Counted from the first letter of the stretch, positions 1-10,494 are shown. The stretch is DNA of 64,000 nucleotides from an uncultured delta proteobacterium (GCA_963823335.1 CAWGLD010000001.1:1216001-1280000); one strand, 5' to 3'. Program-made: numbers and translations. The notes: a model not told the origin generated them from the sequence alone.

Positions 1-1
1 G

Positions 2-814
2 AACGGATGCAGATTCTTTGCGGTAATGGTAGGTGTCCAAAAAGAAATATATGATCAGAAGCATACCAGACACCATCAGCATGTGGGGCATGATTTTAAA
101 TGTCCAGAAAAAAGTGACACCATGGAGGTAGCCCAGAAACAAGGGTGGGTCCCCCAGGGGTGTGAGCGACCCGCCCACATTGGCGACCAGGAAGATGAAA
201 AAAACCACCATGAAGGTTCTGTTTTTGCGATAGTTGTTGGCTCTCAGGAACGGACGTATCAAGAGCATGGCGGCCCCTGTGGTTCCCATCCAGGACGCCA
301 GGAGGGTACCGAGAATCAGTATGATGGTATTGACGACCGGTGTCCCCCTCAGGGAACCCCGTAATAAGATACCACCCGAAACCGTATAAAGCGACCAGAG
401 AAGGATGATAAATGGCACATAATCAACCAGGATGATATGCAGGATTTCATAAACGGCCCCGCCCCTGAAAACCCATAAAAAGGGAATGCCCAGAACGGCC
501 GCCCAAAAAGCGGAAATTTTGCCGAAATGATGATGCCAGAAATTTGGCAGGAGTAGGGGCAGCAGGGCGATGGAGAGCAGCATGCATGCAAAAGGGATAC
601 AGCTCCACAGGGGCAGAATTTCTCCAAGGTTGACATGCCCGCTCCCATGTGCCGATGCCTGGGTGGAACCATGTGCTGCAGGATCATCCGTGTTTTCCGG
701 AGCATGCCCGGTACTTGGGGTATCGGATGCGTGGGTTTCGGCAATCATCGGTACCGGCCAGAACAAGAAACACAGCAGGAATAAAAGGACAGCCATTGTT
801 TTTGGAAAACGCAT
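2..814 (-). CDS. IT-superfamily membrane transporter (CitMHS_2-like, usually annotated sodium:proton antiporter); truncated at the window edge
   Basis: Not in the ORF track; translated by hand from ATG at 814 (RBS GGAAAGG): MRFPKTMAVLLF...LASWMGTTGAAMLLIRPFLRAN...FFIFLVANVGGSLTPLGDPPLFLGY; open to the window edge. Confidence 0.85.
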   Translation of the reverse strand, partial: MRFPKTMAVLLFLLCFLFWPVPMIAETHASDTPSTGHAPENTDDPAAHGSTQASAHGSGHVNLGEILPLWSCIPFACMLLSIALLPLLLPNFWHHHFGKISAFWAAVLGIPFLWVFRGGAVYEILHIILVDYVPFIILLWSLYTVSGGILLRGSLRGTPVVNTIILILGTLLASWMGTTGAAMLLIRPFLRANNYRKNRTFMVVFFIFLVANVGGSLTPLGDPPLFLGYLHGVTFFWTFKIMPHMLMVSGMLLIIYFFLDTYHYRKESASV

Positions 815-1108
815 TTACAAGCACCTTTCCTTATAGTATCTTTTCATCGTTATCATTTTCATCGTCGTCATATAGATGCATAGAGTTTCGATTCTAAGGC
901 ATACCGGCTGTGCAACAGCGCCATCATCATTCTATCGTGGCGGAGGTAAGATAGTGAAAGCACATCCTATACCAAGTTTCAATATAATTCAACGCATGAT
1001 CCATAAACCAAAAAAAATAATTATTGCATTTTCAGATGGGTATGCTATCGAAGAAAACCTGCGTTTCCAATCCCGAAGCATCTGTTTCCTTACATGCTGG
1101 GGGGTTGC

Positions 1109-1342
1109 GTGAACCTCGATTACAAAAAGCATCGTGCATGGGCGGAAAATCTTTCCATTGTCATGCAGATAGGACTGACCATGGCAGGATGTGTTGGTTT
1201 TTGTTTTTTTATCGGTCTCACTCTTGACCGGTGGCTCGGCATTCGAGGACTTTTTACGGTGATTTTTATTCTTTTGGGGATTGCAGGCGGGGCCAATGTC
1301 GTCTATCGTCAGGTTATGGAGATCATCGAGCCAAAAAAGTAA
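1109..1342 (+). CDS. atpZ: AtpZ/AtpQ-family small membrane protein
   Basis: Two hydrophobic segments with GLTLDRWLG...ILLGIAGG; first gene of the atp cluster; GTG at 1109 preferred (ORF track starts at 1094). Confidence 0.8.
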   Translation: MNLDYKKHRAWAENLSIVMQIGLTMAGCVGFCFFIGLTLDRWLGIRGLFTVIFILLGIAGGANVVYRQVMEIIEPKK

Positions 1343-1361
1343 AGTGTCATGTTAGGGAAGA

Positions 1362-1748
1362 ATGGAAGCTATTCACCATACACAGAAAAAATTTGGATCC
1401 AGGGCCATGGTCATGGCTGTTATCGCCGGTATGATTTTTATCCTGGTGGGTCAAAAGTCGATTGCCAAAGGCTTGGTGCTCGGTTCTGTTTTCAGTGTCA
1501 TCAATTTTGTTCTGATCGGTGAAATTATGCCGATGATCATCACGGCATCCCGTAAGAGATCTGTTCTGTTCTCCTTTGCTTCGATGCTGTTTCGATTTCT
1601 GTTGTTATCGGCGCCCCTTCTTTTGTCGCTGAAAATGGAAAGCCTGAATTTTGCTGCTGCCACCGTCGGAATCTTTATGGTGCAGATCGTGATCATGGGA
1701 AGCCATCTTCTAAGGTTAATTTACCCCGAAGGGATGCAAGGGACGTAA
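1362..1748 (+). CDS. atpI: ATP synthase protein I (c-ring assembly factor)
   Basis: 128 aa, about 4 TM helices, GLVLGSVFSVINF motif; lies between atpZ and atpB. Confidence 0.8.
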   Translation: MEAIHHTQKKFGSRAMVMAVIAGMIFILVGQKSIAKGLVLGSVFSVINFVLIGEIMPMIITASRKRSVLFSFASMLFRFLLLSAPLLLSLKMESLNFAAATVGIFMVQIVIMGSHLLRLIYPEGMQGT

Positions 1749-1760
1749 CATAGGACTGTT

Positions 1761-2435
1761 ATGGGAGAACTGGGTAGAATACATCAGCTGATCATTCCGT
1801 TTTACGGACATGACATCACGTTGAATCTGGAAGTCATCCTCATGACGTGGATTGTTTTCTTTCTGTTGATCCTTGTGGGCTTTTTGTCCTCACGCAAGAG
1901 AGCCGTCTACCCCAAGGCCATGCAGGTCTTTGGAGAAATTTTTATCACCCAATTTTATCAGATCACCGAGGATGCGCTGGACAAGAAGATGGCAAAAACA
2001 TATGGTCCTATGATTTGTGCGCTTTTCATGTTTCTTGTGCTGGCAAACTGGCTCGGTATTATTCCCTATCTGGAGGAACCCACAAAGGATCTGAACACAC
2101 CCCTCAGCCTGGGTCTCATGGGGTTTGTGATTGCCCATGTGGCCGGTATTAAATCGAAGGGTTTTAAAGCATATGCCAGGGAATATTTTGAACCGATGTT
2201 TTTTATGATGCCGCTGAATGTCATTGGCGAGTTGGCCAAAATAGTTTCCATATCCTTTAGGCTTTTTGGAAACATCATGGGAGGATCGATCATTATCCTG
2301 GTGGTCTCTTACCTCACATACAGCGTACTCCTGCCGCCTCTGCTCAACGCATTTTTCGGTCTTTTTGTGGGGACGATACAGGCCTTTGTTTTTACCATGC
2401 TGACGGTTGTTTATATTTCGGTCCAGGTAAAGTAG
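1761..2435 (+). CDS. atpB: Fo ATP synthase subunit a
   Basis: PTKDLN, conserved Arg in SISFRLFGNI, and IQAFVFTMLT. Confidence 0.97.
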   Translation: MGELGRIHQLIIPFYGHDITLNLEVILMTWIVFFLLILVGFLSSRKRAVYPKAMQVFGEIFITQFYQITEDALDKKMAKTYGPMICALFMFLVLANWLGIIPYLEEPTKDLNTPLSLGLMGFVIAHVAGIKSKGFKAYAREYFEPMFFMMPLNVIGELAKIVSISFRLFGNIMGGSIIILVVSYLTYSVLLPPLLNAFFGLFVGTIQAFVFTMLTVVYISVQVK

Positions 2436-2438
2436 AAC

Positions 2439-3413
2439 ATGATTATGGATGTCCATACAGTTGTAACCCTTTCCGCATTCACCGGTGCCGGTGTCGCCAT
2501 GGGGCTGGGTGCCATCGGTGCCGCCATCGGAGAGGGCTATACCGCCGGTGTAGCGAATACCGCCATTTCCAGGAACCCGGAGATCTCCGGTGACATTTTC
2601 AAAAATATGCTGGTGGGACAGGCGGTTGCAGAATCTGCATCTATTTTTGCTCTGGTAATTGCGGTGCTGATGCTTTTTCTGGATGTTCCGACGGACAACC
2701 TGCTGAAGGGAGCGGCCCTTTTTGGCGCAGGACTTTGTATGGGGTTTGGTGCGGTGGGTTCGGGTGTGGGTTCTGGATTTCCAGGCGGACAGGCGTGTCT
2801 GGGTATTTCGCGTCAACCGGCCGCTGCATCCCGTTTGACCACCGGTATGTTGATCGGCTCCGCAGTATGCCAGACACCCGCCATTTTTTCCATGGTTATC
2901 GCATTGATGCTGATCTTTATGGATTTCAGCCACCTGCCGCTTGCCCCGACGTGGGCAGCTATTTTAGGTGCGGGACTGAGTACCGGTCTTGCAGCGATTG
3001 GTTCCGGTTATGGCGGTGGACTGGCGGCCGGTGCCAGCTGTGAAGGAATTTCCAGACAACCTGAATCGGTGGGCAATGTAACCACCGTAATGCTGGTGGG
3101 ACAAGCCGTCGCGCAAACACCATCCATTTTCGGATTGCTGGTCAGTTTTATTCTTATCTTCAAATCGTTTCCTGAATCATACACGTTGCAGGCATCCATG
3201 GCTCTGTTATCTGCAGGTGTCTGTATGGGATTCGGTGGTATCGGACCGGGTATCGGCAACGGTATGGCTGCTGAAGGAGCGGTACGGTGGGTCGCCCGTA
3301 ATGTGGAGAATGCCGGTGAACTCATGCGGATCATGCTGGTGGGACAGGCGGTCTCACAGTCGACAGCTATCTATGCCATGGTAGTGTCGCTGGTGTTGAT
3401 ATTTGTCGTGTAG
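2439..3413 (+). CDS. atpE: Fo subunit c with four tandem hairpins (324 aa)
   Basis: Four repeats of a Gly-rich helix, an R(N/Q)P-type loop and ML(V/I)G(Q/S)AVx(E/Q); only repeat 1 keeps the carboxylate. Confidence 0.92.
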   Translation: MIMDVHTVVTLSAFTGAGVAMGLGAIGAAIGEGYTAGVANTAISRNPEISGDIFKNMLVGQAVAESASIFALVIAVLMLFLDVPTDNLLKGAALFGAGLCMGFGAVGSGVGSGFPGGQACLGISRQPAAASRLTTGMLIGSAVCQTPAIFSMVIALMLIFMDFSHLPLAPTWAAILGAGLSTGLAAIGSGYGGGLAAGASCEGISRQPESVGNVTTVMLVGQAVAQTPSIFGLLVSFILIFKSFPESYTLQASMALLSAGVCMGFGGIGPGIGNGMAAEGAVRWVARNVENAGELMRIMLVGQAVSQSTAIYAMVVSLVLIFVV

Positions 3414-3504
3414 TTTTATTTATAGAATAATAGATGAAGTTTAATTAGCGGCGCAGCCGCGACACATAAAATCGTGTAACGATTTTATTAAGGAGGAACG
3501 ACAA

Positions 3505-3753
3505 ATGGCTATTGAAGGTGTTGATATTGTAAAAGCCGCGGCTTTTTTAGGCGCAGGTATCTCCATGGGTCTCGGTGCCATCGGCCCGGGCGTGGGTGAG
3601 GGAATGGTGGCTGCCAAGGCATGTGAAGCCATCGGCAAGAATCCGCGCGAGGCAGGACTGCTGACCCGGACCATGCTGGTGGGACAGGCCGTATCTGAGT
3701 CCACCGGTATCTATTCCCTGGTCATAGCGTTGCTGCTGTTGTTTGTGGTGTAG
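3505..3753 (+). CDS. atpE: Fo subunit c, single hairpin, Na+-binding signature
   Basis: P28, E32, V63, E65, S66, T67, Y70 (GPGVGEG...QAVSESTGIY); strong RBS TAAGGAGG. Confidence 0.97.
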   Translation: MAIEGVDIVKAAAFLGAGISMGLGAIGPGVGEGMVAAKACEAIGKNPREAGLLTRTMLVGQAVSESTGIYSLVIALLLLFVV

Positions 3754-3760
3754 TCCACCT

Positions 3761-4216
3761 ATGCAGATTATAAGTAACATAGCGCTCATCAGCATCAACG
3801 AGACCCTGGTGATCCAGTTGATCTCTTTTTTAATCTTTCTTTTCATTATCAACCGGATCATGATTCGGCCGCTACGGGCAACCATGGCGGAAAGGGATAA
3901 CCATATTCAAATGGTCCGGGAGGACATTCTCGATTCGAAGAAGGAACTCGAGGAGATCGTGGATGAATCAAACCAGGAGGAAAAAGAGATACGGCAGGCG
4001 GCCCTCCAGATCGTGGCCGAGATGGAAGGCCTTGGGCAGCATGAAGCCCACGACATCATTGGCGTGGCAAGGAAAGAAATTGCTGTCGTGAAAAAGCAAA
4101 CACAGGCTGAAATTGAGCGCCTTCTTGCCGAGGCCATGACATCCGTACAAAAAGAGGCTGAGATCCTTTCGGTTTCCGTCATGGAAAAGATCCTGGGTAG
4201 GAAGGTGTCACCATGA
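3761..4216 (+). CDS. atpF: Fo subunit b'
   Basis: INETLVIQLISFLIFLFIINRIMIRPL followed by a charged coiled coil; ATG at 3761. Confidence 0.88.
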   Translation: MQIISNIALISINETLVIQLISFLIFLFIINRIMIRPLRATMAERDNHIQMVREDILDSKKELEEIVDESNQEEKEIRQAALQIVAEMEGLGQHEAHDIIGVARKEIAVVKKQTQAEIERLLAEAMTSVQKEAEILSVSVMEKILGRKVSP

Positions 4217-4809
4217 CACCAATGGTTTTTAAAAACTGGAAAAGCATTGCCTGGTGGATGTTTTTTATGGTTATGGTGGTGACAACCACAGAGGCCCTGG
4301 GTGCGGAAGCGGCGGTTAACTGGCGCCCGACTTATGACAGTGTGATGCGCTGGCTCAACTTTGGGATACTGATCGTGCTCTTTTTCAGGTATGCCCGCAA
4401 ACCGTTGGTAACCTTTTTAAACGGGAAATCCAGGCAGATCGAAGAAAACATCAAAAGTGTCGAAGCGGAAAAAGAGGCCATCAGGATACGTATCGATGAA
4501 CTGCAAAGGGAACGAGAAGAAGGCCGCCAACAACTGCACCAGATTCGGGACAGAGTCATTTCCCAGGGAAAGCTGAAAAAGCAGAAAATCATCGATGACG
4601 CCAAAAAAGAGAGTCATCTGTTATTGGAAAGTGCCAAACAGAAAATAGAGCATGAAATAACATCTGCACGAAAGAAGCTGCAAGCTGAAATAGTTGATCA
4701 GTCCATTGACCTGGCCATGCAAAAACTCCCCCAAATGATGACCGATCAGGATACCCAAAACAGCCTGAAAATGTATCTTGAAGGGATTCATTCCCTGACC
4801 AAATCCTGA
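4213..4809 (+). CDS. atpF: Fo subunit b with N-terminal extension
   Basis: RWLNFGILIVLFFRYARKPL followed by a coiled coil; ATGA overlap with b'. Confidence 0.88.
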   Translation: MTPMVFKNWKSIAWWMFFMVMVVTTTEALGAEAAVNWRPTYDSVMRWLNFGILIVLFFRYARKPLVTFLNGKSRQIEENIKSVEAEKEAIRIRIDELQREREEGRQQLHQIRDRVISQGKLKKQKIIDDAKKESHLLLESAKQKIEHEITSARKKLQAEIVDQSIDLAMQKLPQMMTDQDTQNSLKMYLEGIHSLTKS

Positions 4810-5109
4810 CCGTCCCTATTTATGGTTAATTAAGATACTATACGCCGGCAAGTAGCATCTATCAAAATTATATTTCCAAACTGCCTCTCATATCACAGTT
4901 TTTGGATCAGGATAATATTTTCATCTTCTGGTGGGCTATTTCAGAATTCATAAAAGTGAAAACGTTTTCCGTGATTGTGACTTCGGATATCCCCGGGTTG
5001 ATGCCATTTCAGAAGCTTTGCCCTTTTCATTCGATTGTGCTATGTAAAATCAATTCATAACGTAGGTTTATACTCCCTCACCCGAATCTTTTTTTAGTAA
5101 GGAGCCGAC

Positions 5110-5658
5110 ATGAATAAAACTCAAGTGAAAGAGATAATGATTCCGATCTTGAACTACGTGACAGTTAAAAAAGAAAATACCCTGGTTGAGGTTTTACAGT
5201 CTTTGGAACAGGCCCGGAAGTCAGAGAACGAACATGCCCATAGAGACGCAATCGTGGTTGATGCAAACGGTGTTTTTGTAGGCAAAGTTACCATGATCGA
5301 TGTTTTTTGGGCCCTGGAGCCTAATTATTCAAAGGTTGAACAGCAACAGGAACAGGGCGTACTGACTGCCGATTTTGTCATGAAAGCCGCCAAAGATTTT
5401 AATTTATGGATTGAACCCACGCAAACCATTTGCGAGCGAGGGAGCCGCTTAACGGTTTCCGATGTAATGCATACGCCGGAAAAGATGGAATATATCGAAG
5501 AAACAGCCACCATTGATAACGCATTGCATTTATATGTTCTGGGCATCCATCAGCCACTTATCGTGAACAATAAGGACGCGAAGGTTACAGGCGTTTTACG
5601 GTTTGGTGATGTATTTGAAGTCGTCAGACAACGTTTGTTGAACTGCAGTGTTTCTTAA
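5110..5658 (+). CDS. CBS domain protein
   Basis: VKEIMIP...IVVDANGVFVGKVTMID and VSDVMHTP...VTGVLRFGD form a CBS pair. Confidence 0.85.
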   Translation: MNKTQVKEIMIPILNYVTVKKENTLVEVLQSLEQARKSENEHAHRDAIVVDANGVFVGKVTMIDVFWALEPNYSKVEQQQEQGVLTADFVMKAAKDFNLWIEPTQTICERGSRLTVSDVMHTPEKMEYIEETATIDNALHLYVLGIHQPLIVNNKDAKVTGVLRFGDVFEVVRQRLLNCSVS

Positions 5659-5715
5659 ATTTTCGACATGACTTCTAAAATAAAAGTTAAGGAATAACGT
5701 ATAGATATAACGCCA

Positions 5716-7557
5716 ATGAATTTTCCCCCACCACCCAATACCCATGCCATGGCCGTGCTGATCCTTACCATTGTTGCACTGGTCCTGTTTACCCGTGAAA
5801 AGATACCCCTAGAATCCTCCAGTTTCCTGGTGCTCATCGGTCTGGCCGTTGGGTTCGAAGTCTTTCCGTTCCAGGCGAACGGAGGCGTTTTACACGCCGT
5901 GGACTTTTTCCGGGGTTTCGGACACGAGGCGCTGGTTGCCGTCTGCGCTCTGATGATCGCCGGGCAGGGTATCGTCCGCACGGGGGCGCTGGAACCCGTG
6001 GGAAGGGTGCTGACGCGGTTCTGGAAGGTGAGCCCGAGCATCTCCCTGCTGCTGACTCTTATTGTTGGAGCCCTTATCAGTGCGTTTATAAACAATGTTC
6101 CCGTTGTCGTATTGTTTCTCCCTATTTTGATCAACGTTTCCCTGCGCACGGGTATGAAGGCCTCTTCCGTGTTGATGCCCATGGGATTCGCCACCCTGCT
6201 GGGGGGCACGTGCACCACCATCGGAACCTCCACAAATCTGCTGGTGGTCTCCGTGGCAGCAGAGATGGGCTTGAAACGGATGGATATGTTCGATTTCCTG
6301 GTGCCGGCAGCCATTGCCGGAAGCATCGGTATCGCTTATCTCTGGCTCGTGGCGCCTCGGATCATACCGGAGCGTGAACCAACCATGGCAGACACATCTC
6401 CCAGGGTTTTCTCTGCCCATCTTGCCATTCCTGAAGGAAGCCCGATTGAAGGAAAGACGCTGGCCCAAGCCAGAAAAAAAGTAGATGGGGCCATGAAAGT
6501 CACAAGCGTGGAGCGTGGGCTTGACAATTTCATGATACCCTTTCCAACTCTGGTGCTGAAAGCCGGCGACCATCTGATTATCCGTGACACGCCCGATCGC
6601 TTGAAGGAGTTTGAAAAGATACTGGAGGGAACGCTCTATGCAGATGACGCCATGGTCGCACCTGTTGACGATGAGCACCCGTTAAAGGATGAAGATCAGC
6701 AGATCGCGGAGGTCGTCCTCATAGAAGGCTCCCGTCTTGCGGGAAGAACTCTCAGCGGAACCCGATTCGCGGACCGGTACGGGATGATTACCCTGGCCAT
6801 ACACAGGGCCGGCATTCACCCGGAAAAGTTATACGACGAAATCGGGGATATTCGTCTGAAAGCCGGGGATATCCTCCTGGTTCAGGGACCCCGAGAACAG
6901 ATCGCCGGTCTCAAAAAAGAAAAGGATTTTCTCGTGCTGGATGCCACGGCGGATCTGCCTTTTGCCCGTAAGGCACCGTTGGCCCTGCTCATTATGCTGG
7001 GTATCATTGTTTCGGCCGCCGTAGGGTTTCTGCCCATCGCCATCAGCGCATCGCTCGGGGCGCTGTTGATGATTTTCACGGGATGCCTGGGATGGCGTGA
7101 TGCCACCAGCGCACTGAATGCGCAGGTTATCCTTATCGTGACCGCAAGTCTCGCCATCGGGGTTGCAATGCTCAAGACCGGCGGTGCTGATTACCTTGCA
7201 CAACTTTTTGTTGCTCTGGCAGGGGGCACTTCGCCGGTCCTAGTGATCAGCGGGCTGATGCTTCTGATGGGCATCCTCACCAACATCGTTTCCAACAACG
7301 CAGCAGCGGTCATCGGCACCCCCATCGCCGTTTCAATTGCCGCCCAGATGGGACAGCCGGCCGAACCGTTTGTCCTGGCCGTGCTCTTCGGAGCCAATAT
7401 GAGCTATGCCACCCCCATGGCCTACAAAACCAATCTCCTCGTCATGAACGCTGGGAACTACACCTTCAATGATTTTCTTCGAGTTGGGGTACCGCTGGTC
7501 CTGATAATGTGGGTTACGCTTTCCTGGTTGCTTCCGACCCTTTACGGTATAAAATAA
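5716..7557 (+). CDS. SLC13/DASS-family permease with two TrkA-C domains (anion:Na+ symporter)
   Basis: SAFINN, GGTCTTIGTSTNL, TNIVSNNA and YATPMAYKTN motifs; soluble RCK_C region in the middle. Confidence 0.92.
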   Translation: MNFPPPPNTHAMAVLILTIVALVLFTREKIPLESSSFLVLIGLAVGFEVFPFQANGGVLHAVDFFRGFGHEALVAVCALMIAGQGIVRTGALEPVGRVLTRFWKVSPSISLLLTLIVGALISAFINNVPVVVLFLPILINVSLRTGMKASSVLMPMGFATLLGGTCTTIGTSTNLLVVSVAAEMGLKRMDMFDFLVPAAIAGSIGIAYLWLVAPRIIPEREPTMADTSPRVFSAHLAIPEGSPIEGKTLAQARKKVDGAMKVTSVERGLDNFMIPFPTLVLKAGDHLIIRDTPDRLKEFEKILEGTLYADDAMVAPVDDEHPLKDEDQQIAEVVLIEGSRLAGRTLSGTRFADRYGMITLAIHRAGIHPEKLYDEIGDIRLKAGDILLVQGPREQIAGLKKEKDFLVLDATADLPFARKAPLALLIMLGIIVSAAVGFLPIAISASLGALLMIFTGCLGWRDATSALNAQVILIVTASLAIGVAMLKTGGADYLAQLFVALAGGTSPVLVISGLMLLMGILTNIVSNNAAAVIGTPIAVSIAAQMGQPAEPFVLAVLFGANMSYATPMAYKTNLLVMNAGNYTFNDFLRVGVPLVLIMWVTLSWLLPTLYGIK

Positions 7558-7614
7558 CACCCGAAATCGTATCAATTGCATCGATACTATCTAAATTTCA
7601 ACTGCGCGACGATA

Positions 7615-8610
7615 TTAGCCAACAGTTCCAGCGAAGAAACAGGATACCCTATGGCCCTGTTCTATTTCTTTAAAAGGGGGCTCCTGGGTACGACAGACAT
7701 CTTTTACATAGAGGCAGCGCGTGTGAAACCGGCACCCTTTTGGCGGGTCGATGGGGCTGGGGACATCTCCCTTCAGAATGATCCGTTTTTGTTTTATGGT
7801 GGGGTCCGGGGTGGGAGATGCGGATAACAAGGCCTGGGTATAGGGGTGCAGGGGGCGCCGATAGAGTTTTTCACTGTCGGCGAGCTCCACGAGTTTACCC
7901 AGGTACATGACGGCCACCCGGTCGCTGATGTGTTCTACAACACTCAGGTCGTGGGAGATGAACAGGTAGGTCAAGTTGAACTCCTCCTGCAGATCTTGAA
8001 AAAGATTGATGACCTGTGCCTGGATCGAAACGTCCAGCGCTGATACGGCTTCATCACAGATGATAAGCTGGGGGTTGAGAGCCAGCGCCCGCGCAACACC
8101 GATTCGCTGACGTTGCCCACCTGAAAACTGGTGCGGATAGCGTCGCATGTGTTCCCGTTTCAGCCCCACGACTTCCAGAAGTTCCAAAACCCTGGCATCT
8201 CTTTCTCTGCGGTCTCCGACGCCATGAACCAGCAGGGGTTCTCCGATGATATGGGCGACTGTTTTCCTCGGGTTCAATGAAGAGAAAGGGTCCTGAAAGA
8301 CGATCTGCATTTCTCTTCGCAGGCTGCGGACTTGTGCAGGGCTGTATTCGAGAATGTTTTCCTCGTTGAAATAAACAGCGCCGGCCGTGGGTTCTTCCAG
8401 TCGCACAATGGCGCGACCCAGGGTCGATTTTCCGCACCCGGATTCACCTACGAGACCCAGGGTTTCCCCTTTGTTGATGGAGATATCCACACCATCGACC
8501 GCTTTGACGGAGGCAATCTCTTTTAAGAACACGCCGCCAAGAATCGGATAATGTTTTACCAGCCCTTCGGCTCTCAAAAGCGGTTTTATTCCGGAAGCGG
8601 TATCATGCAT
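7615..8610 (-). CDS. dppF: Peptide ABC transporter ATP-binding subunit
   Basis: [32 protein letters not shown]. Confidence 0.93.
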   Translation of the reverse strand: MHDTASGIKPLLRAEGLVKHYPILGGVFLKEIASVKAVDGVDISINKGETLGLVGESGCGKSTLGRAIVRLEEPTAGAVYFNEENILEYSPAQVRSLRREMQIVFQDPFSSLNPRKTVAHIIGEPLLVHGVGDRRERDARVLELLEVVGLKREHMRRYPHQFSGGQRQRIGVARALALNPQLIICDEAVSALDVSIQAQVINLFQDLQEEFNLTYLFISHDLSVVEHISDRVAVMYLGKLVELADSEKLYRRPLHPYTQALLSASPTPDPTIKQKRIILKGDVPSPIDPPKGCRFHTRCLYVKDVCRTQEPPFKEIEQGHRVSCFFAGTVG

Positions 8611-9580
8611 ATTTCAGGCACCTCACCGCATGATTTTCCCCCACAGCATATTGCCGGGGGGATATTTTGCGACAGTCGGAAAACACATCCGGGCAGCGGT
8701 CACTGAAGAGGCAGCCCTCCGGCAGGTCAAAAAGAGACGGAACCACACCTGCAATAGTGGAAAGTCGTTTTGATTTTATCTTTTTTCCCAGAACGGGAAT
8801 CGATTCCATGAGGCCGATGGTATACGGGTGTTTTGGGGTCAAGAAAAGGGTTTTGGCACTGGCATACTCCACGATGCGCCCGGCATACATGACGGCTACG
8901 TGTTGTGCCATTTCGGCAATGACCCCCAGGTCATGGGTGATAAAGAGAATGGATGCCCCTGTGTCCTCTTTCAGTTTGTTCATGAGATCGAGAATCTGAG
9001 CCTGAATAGTTACATCCAGCGCTGTCGTCGGTTCATCTGCGATCATCATTTTAGGGTTACAGGCCAGCGCCATGGCAATCATGACCCGTTGCCGCATGCC
9101 ACCACTCATCTGGTGAGGGTATTCATCCAAACGTCGATCCGCAGCCGGGATGCCGACCCGCTGAAACATTTCGACTACCCGTGAGCGGGTTTCTTTTGCC
9201 GATAGCTTTTTGTGCAATCGAATTACCTCTCCCACCTGATCCCCTACGGAGAAAACCGGGTTGAGGGATGTCATGGGTTCTTGAAAAATCATGGAAATCT
9301 GATTGCCCCTGATTTTTCGCATCTGTTTTTCAGAATAGGCGAGCAGATTATTGCCATTGAAAATGATTTGACCACCCACGATTTTGCCGGGGGGATCTGG
9401 AATCAGTTGAATGATGGAATGGGCGGTGACGCTTTTACCGCAACCGGATTCTCCCACAAGACCCAAGGTCTGTCCCGATTCGATGGTCAGACTGACATCG
9501 TCGACAGCTTTTGCCACCTGGCCGCGCACAAAAAAATGGGTTTGTAAATTAACGATGTCTAATAGTGCAGTATCCGGCAT
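8603..9580 (-). CDS. dppD: Peptide ABC transporter ATP-binding subunit
   Basis: [24 protein letters not shown]. Confidence 0.93.
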   Translation of the reverse strand: MPDTALLDIVNLQTHFFVRGQVAKAVDDVSLTIESGQTLGLVGESGCGKSVTAHSIIQLIPDPPGKIVGGQIIFNGNNLLAYSEKQMRKIRGNQISMIFQEPMTSLNPVFSVGDQVGEVIRLHKKLSAKETRSRVVEMFQRVGIPAADRRLDEYPHQMSGGMRQRVMIAMALACNPKMMIADEPTTALDVTIQAQILDLMNKLKEDTGASILFITHDLGVIAEMAQHVAVMYAGRIVEYASAKTLFLTPKHPYTIGLMESIPVLGKKIKSKRLSTIAGVVPSLFDLPEGCLFSDRCPDVFSDCRKISPRQYAVGENHAVRCLKYA

Positions 9581-9585
9581 TCGAT

Positions 9586-10494
9586 TTAGTCTCTCAAGCG
9601 AGGGTCAAGTGCATCCCTGAGACCGTCGCCAAAAAGGTTGAATCCAAGAACGGCAAATAAAATGGCGATACCCGGGAAAGTCATTACCCAGGAAGCCCTG
9701 AGAATCAGGGAACGGCTTCGCGCGATCATGGCGCCCCATTCAGGTGTGGGCGGTTGTGCACCGAGCCCTAGAAAACTCAAAGCGGCGGCATCAAGAATCG
9801 CCGATGCAAAGGACAGGGTTGTCTGGACGATGAGGGGACCCAGGCAGTTCGGTAATATTGCCAGGAAAATAATACGAAGATCCCTGGCGCCGATGGAACG
9901 GGCTGCGGTCACATAATCTTTCCCACACTCTTCCAGGACACTTCCCCGGACAATACGTGCAAAACGGGGAACATAGGTGATACCGATGGCCATCATGGCA
10001 TTTTTGAGACTGGGACCTAGATAGGCGACCACGACGATGGCCAGAAGCAGATACGGGAATGCCAGGATAATATCCATGACGCGCATGATGAGGCTGTCCA
10101 GTTTTCCTTTGTAGTAGCCTGCCACGGATCCGAAAAACGTCCCCAGCACAAAGGCCAGACCGACACTGACCATGGAAACCATCAGGGATACCCGCGCACC
10201 GTAAATTAATCTGGAGAGGATGTCCCGGCCCAGATCGTCGGTTCCCAGAATATTTTTTGTGGTTCCCTTGTCGTGCCACATGGGTGGTTTTAGTTGATCA
10301 TACAGGGATGTTTCGTTCGGATCATGGGGGCTCAGCAGGGGAGCAAAAGTGGCTGTTATAAAAAAAAAGGAGACGAGTATCATGCCGGCCACAGCGGTCT
10401 TGTTCCGCCAGAGCTGGGATAACTGGTCGAGAAATGGGTGTCGATCCTGCGGATTTTTTCGTTTCGGGTTGTCAGACATTGTATTACTGGACAC
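9586..10494 (-). CDS. dppC: Peptide ABC transporter permease
   Basis: LGTDDLGRD, LSFLGLGAQPPTPEWG, GDGLRDALDP. Confidence 0.93.
   Translation of the reverse strand: MSSNTMSDNPKRKNPQDRHPFLDQLSQLWRNKTAVAGMILVSFFFITATFAPLLSPHDPNETSLYDQLKPPMWHDKGTTKNILGTDDLGRDILSRLIYGARVSLMVSMVSVGLAFVLGTFFGSVAGYYKGKLDSLIMRVMDIILAFPYLLLAIVVVAYLGPSLKNAMMAIGITYVPRFARIVRGSVLEECGKDYVTAARSIGARDLRIIFLAILPNCLGPLIVQTTLSFASAILDAAALSFLGLGAQPPTPEWGAMIARSRSLILRASWVMTFPGIAILFAVLGFNLFGDGLRDALDPRLRD

Noticed and set aside
860-970. Possible Na+/Li+ riboswitch in the antiporter leader
   Set aside because: Only a short GCTGT-TGC-ACAGC hairpin is visible; no consensus can be supported without a covariance-model search.
1890-2933. 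Long antisense ORFs (also 5890-6678, 36600-37328 and others)
   Set aside because: They are shadows of well-supported genes on the opposite strand.
1109-4809. Calling the operon an N-ATPase
   Set aside because: It lacks atpD, C, A and G and has separate b and b' genes; only the E32-type Na+ signature is shared.
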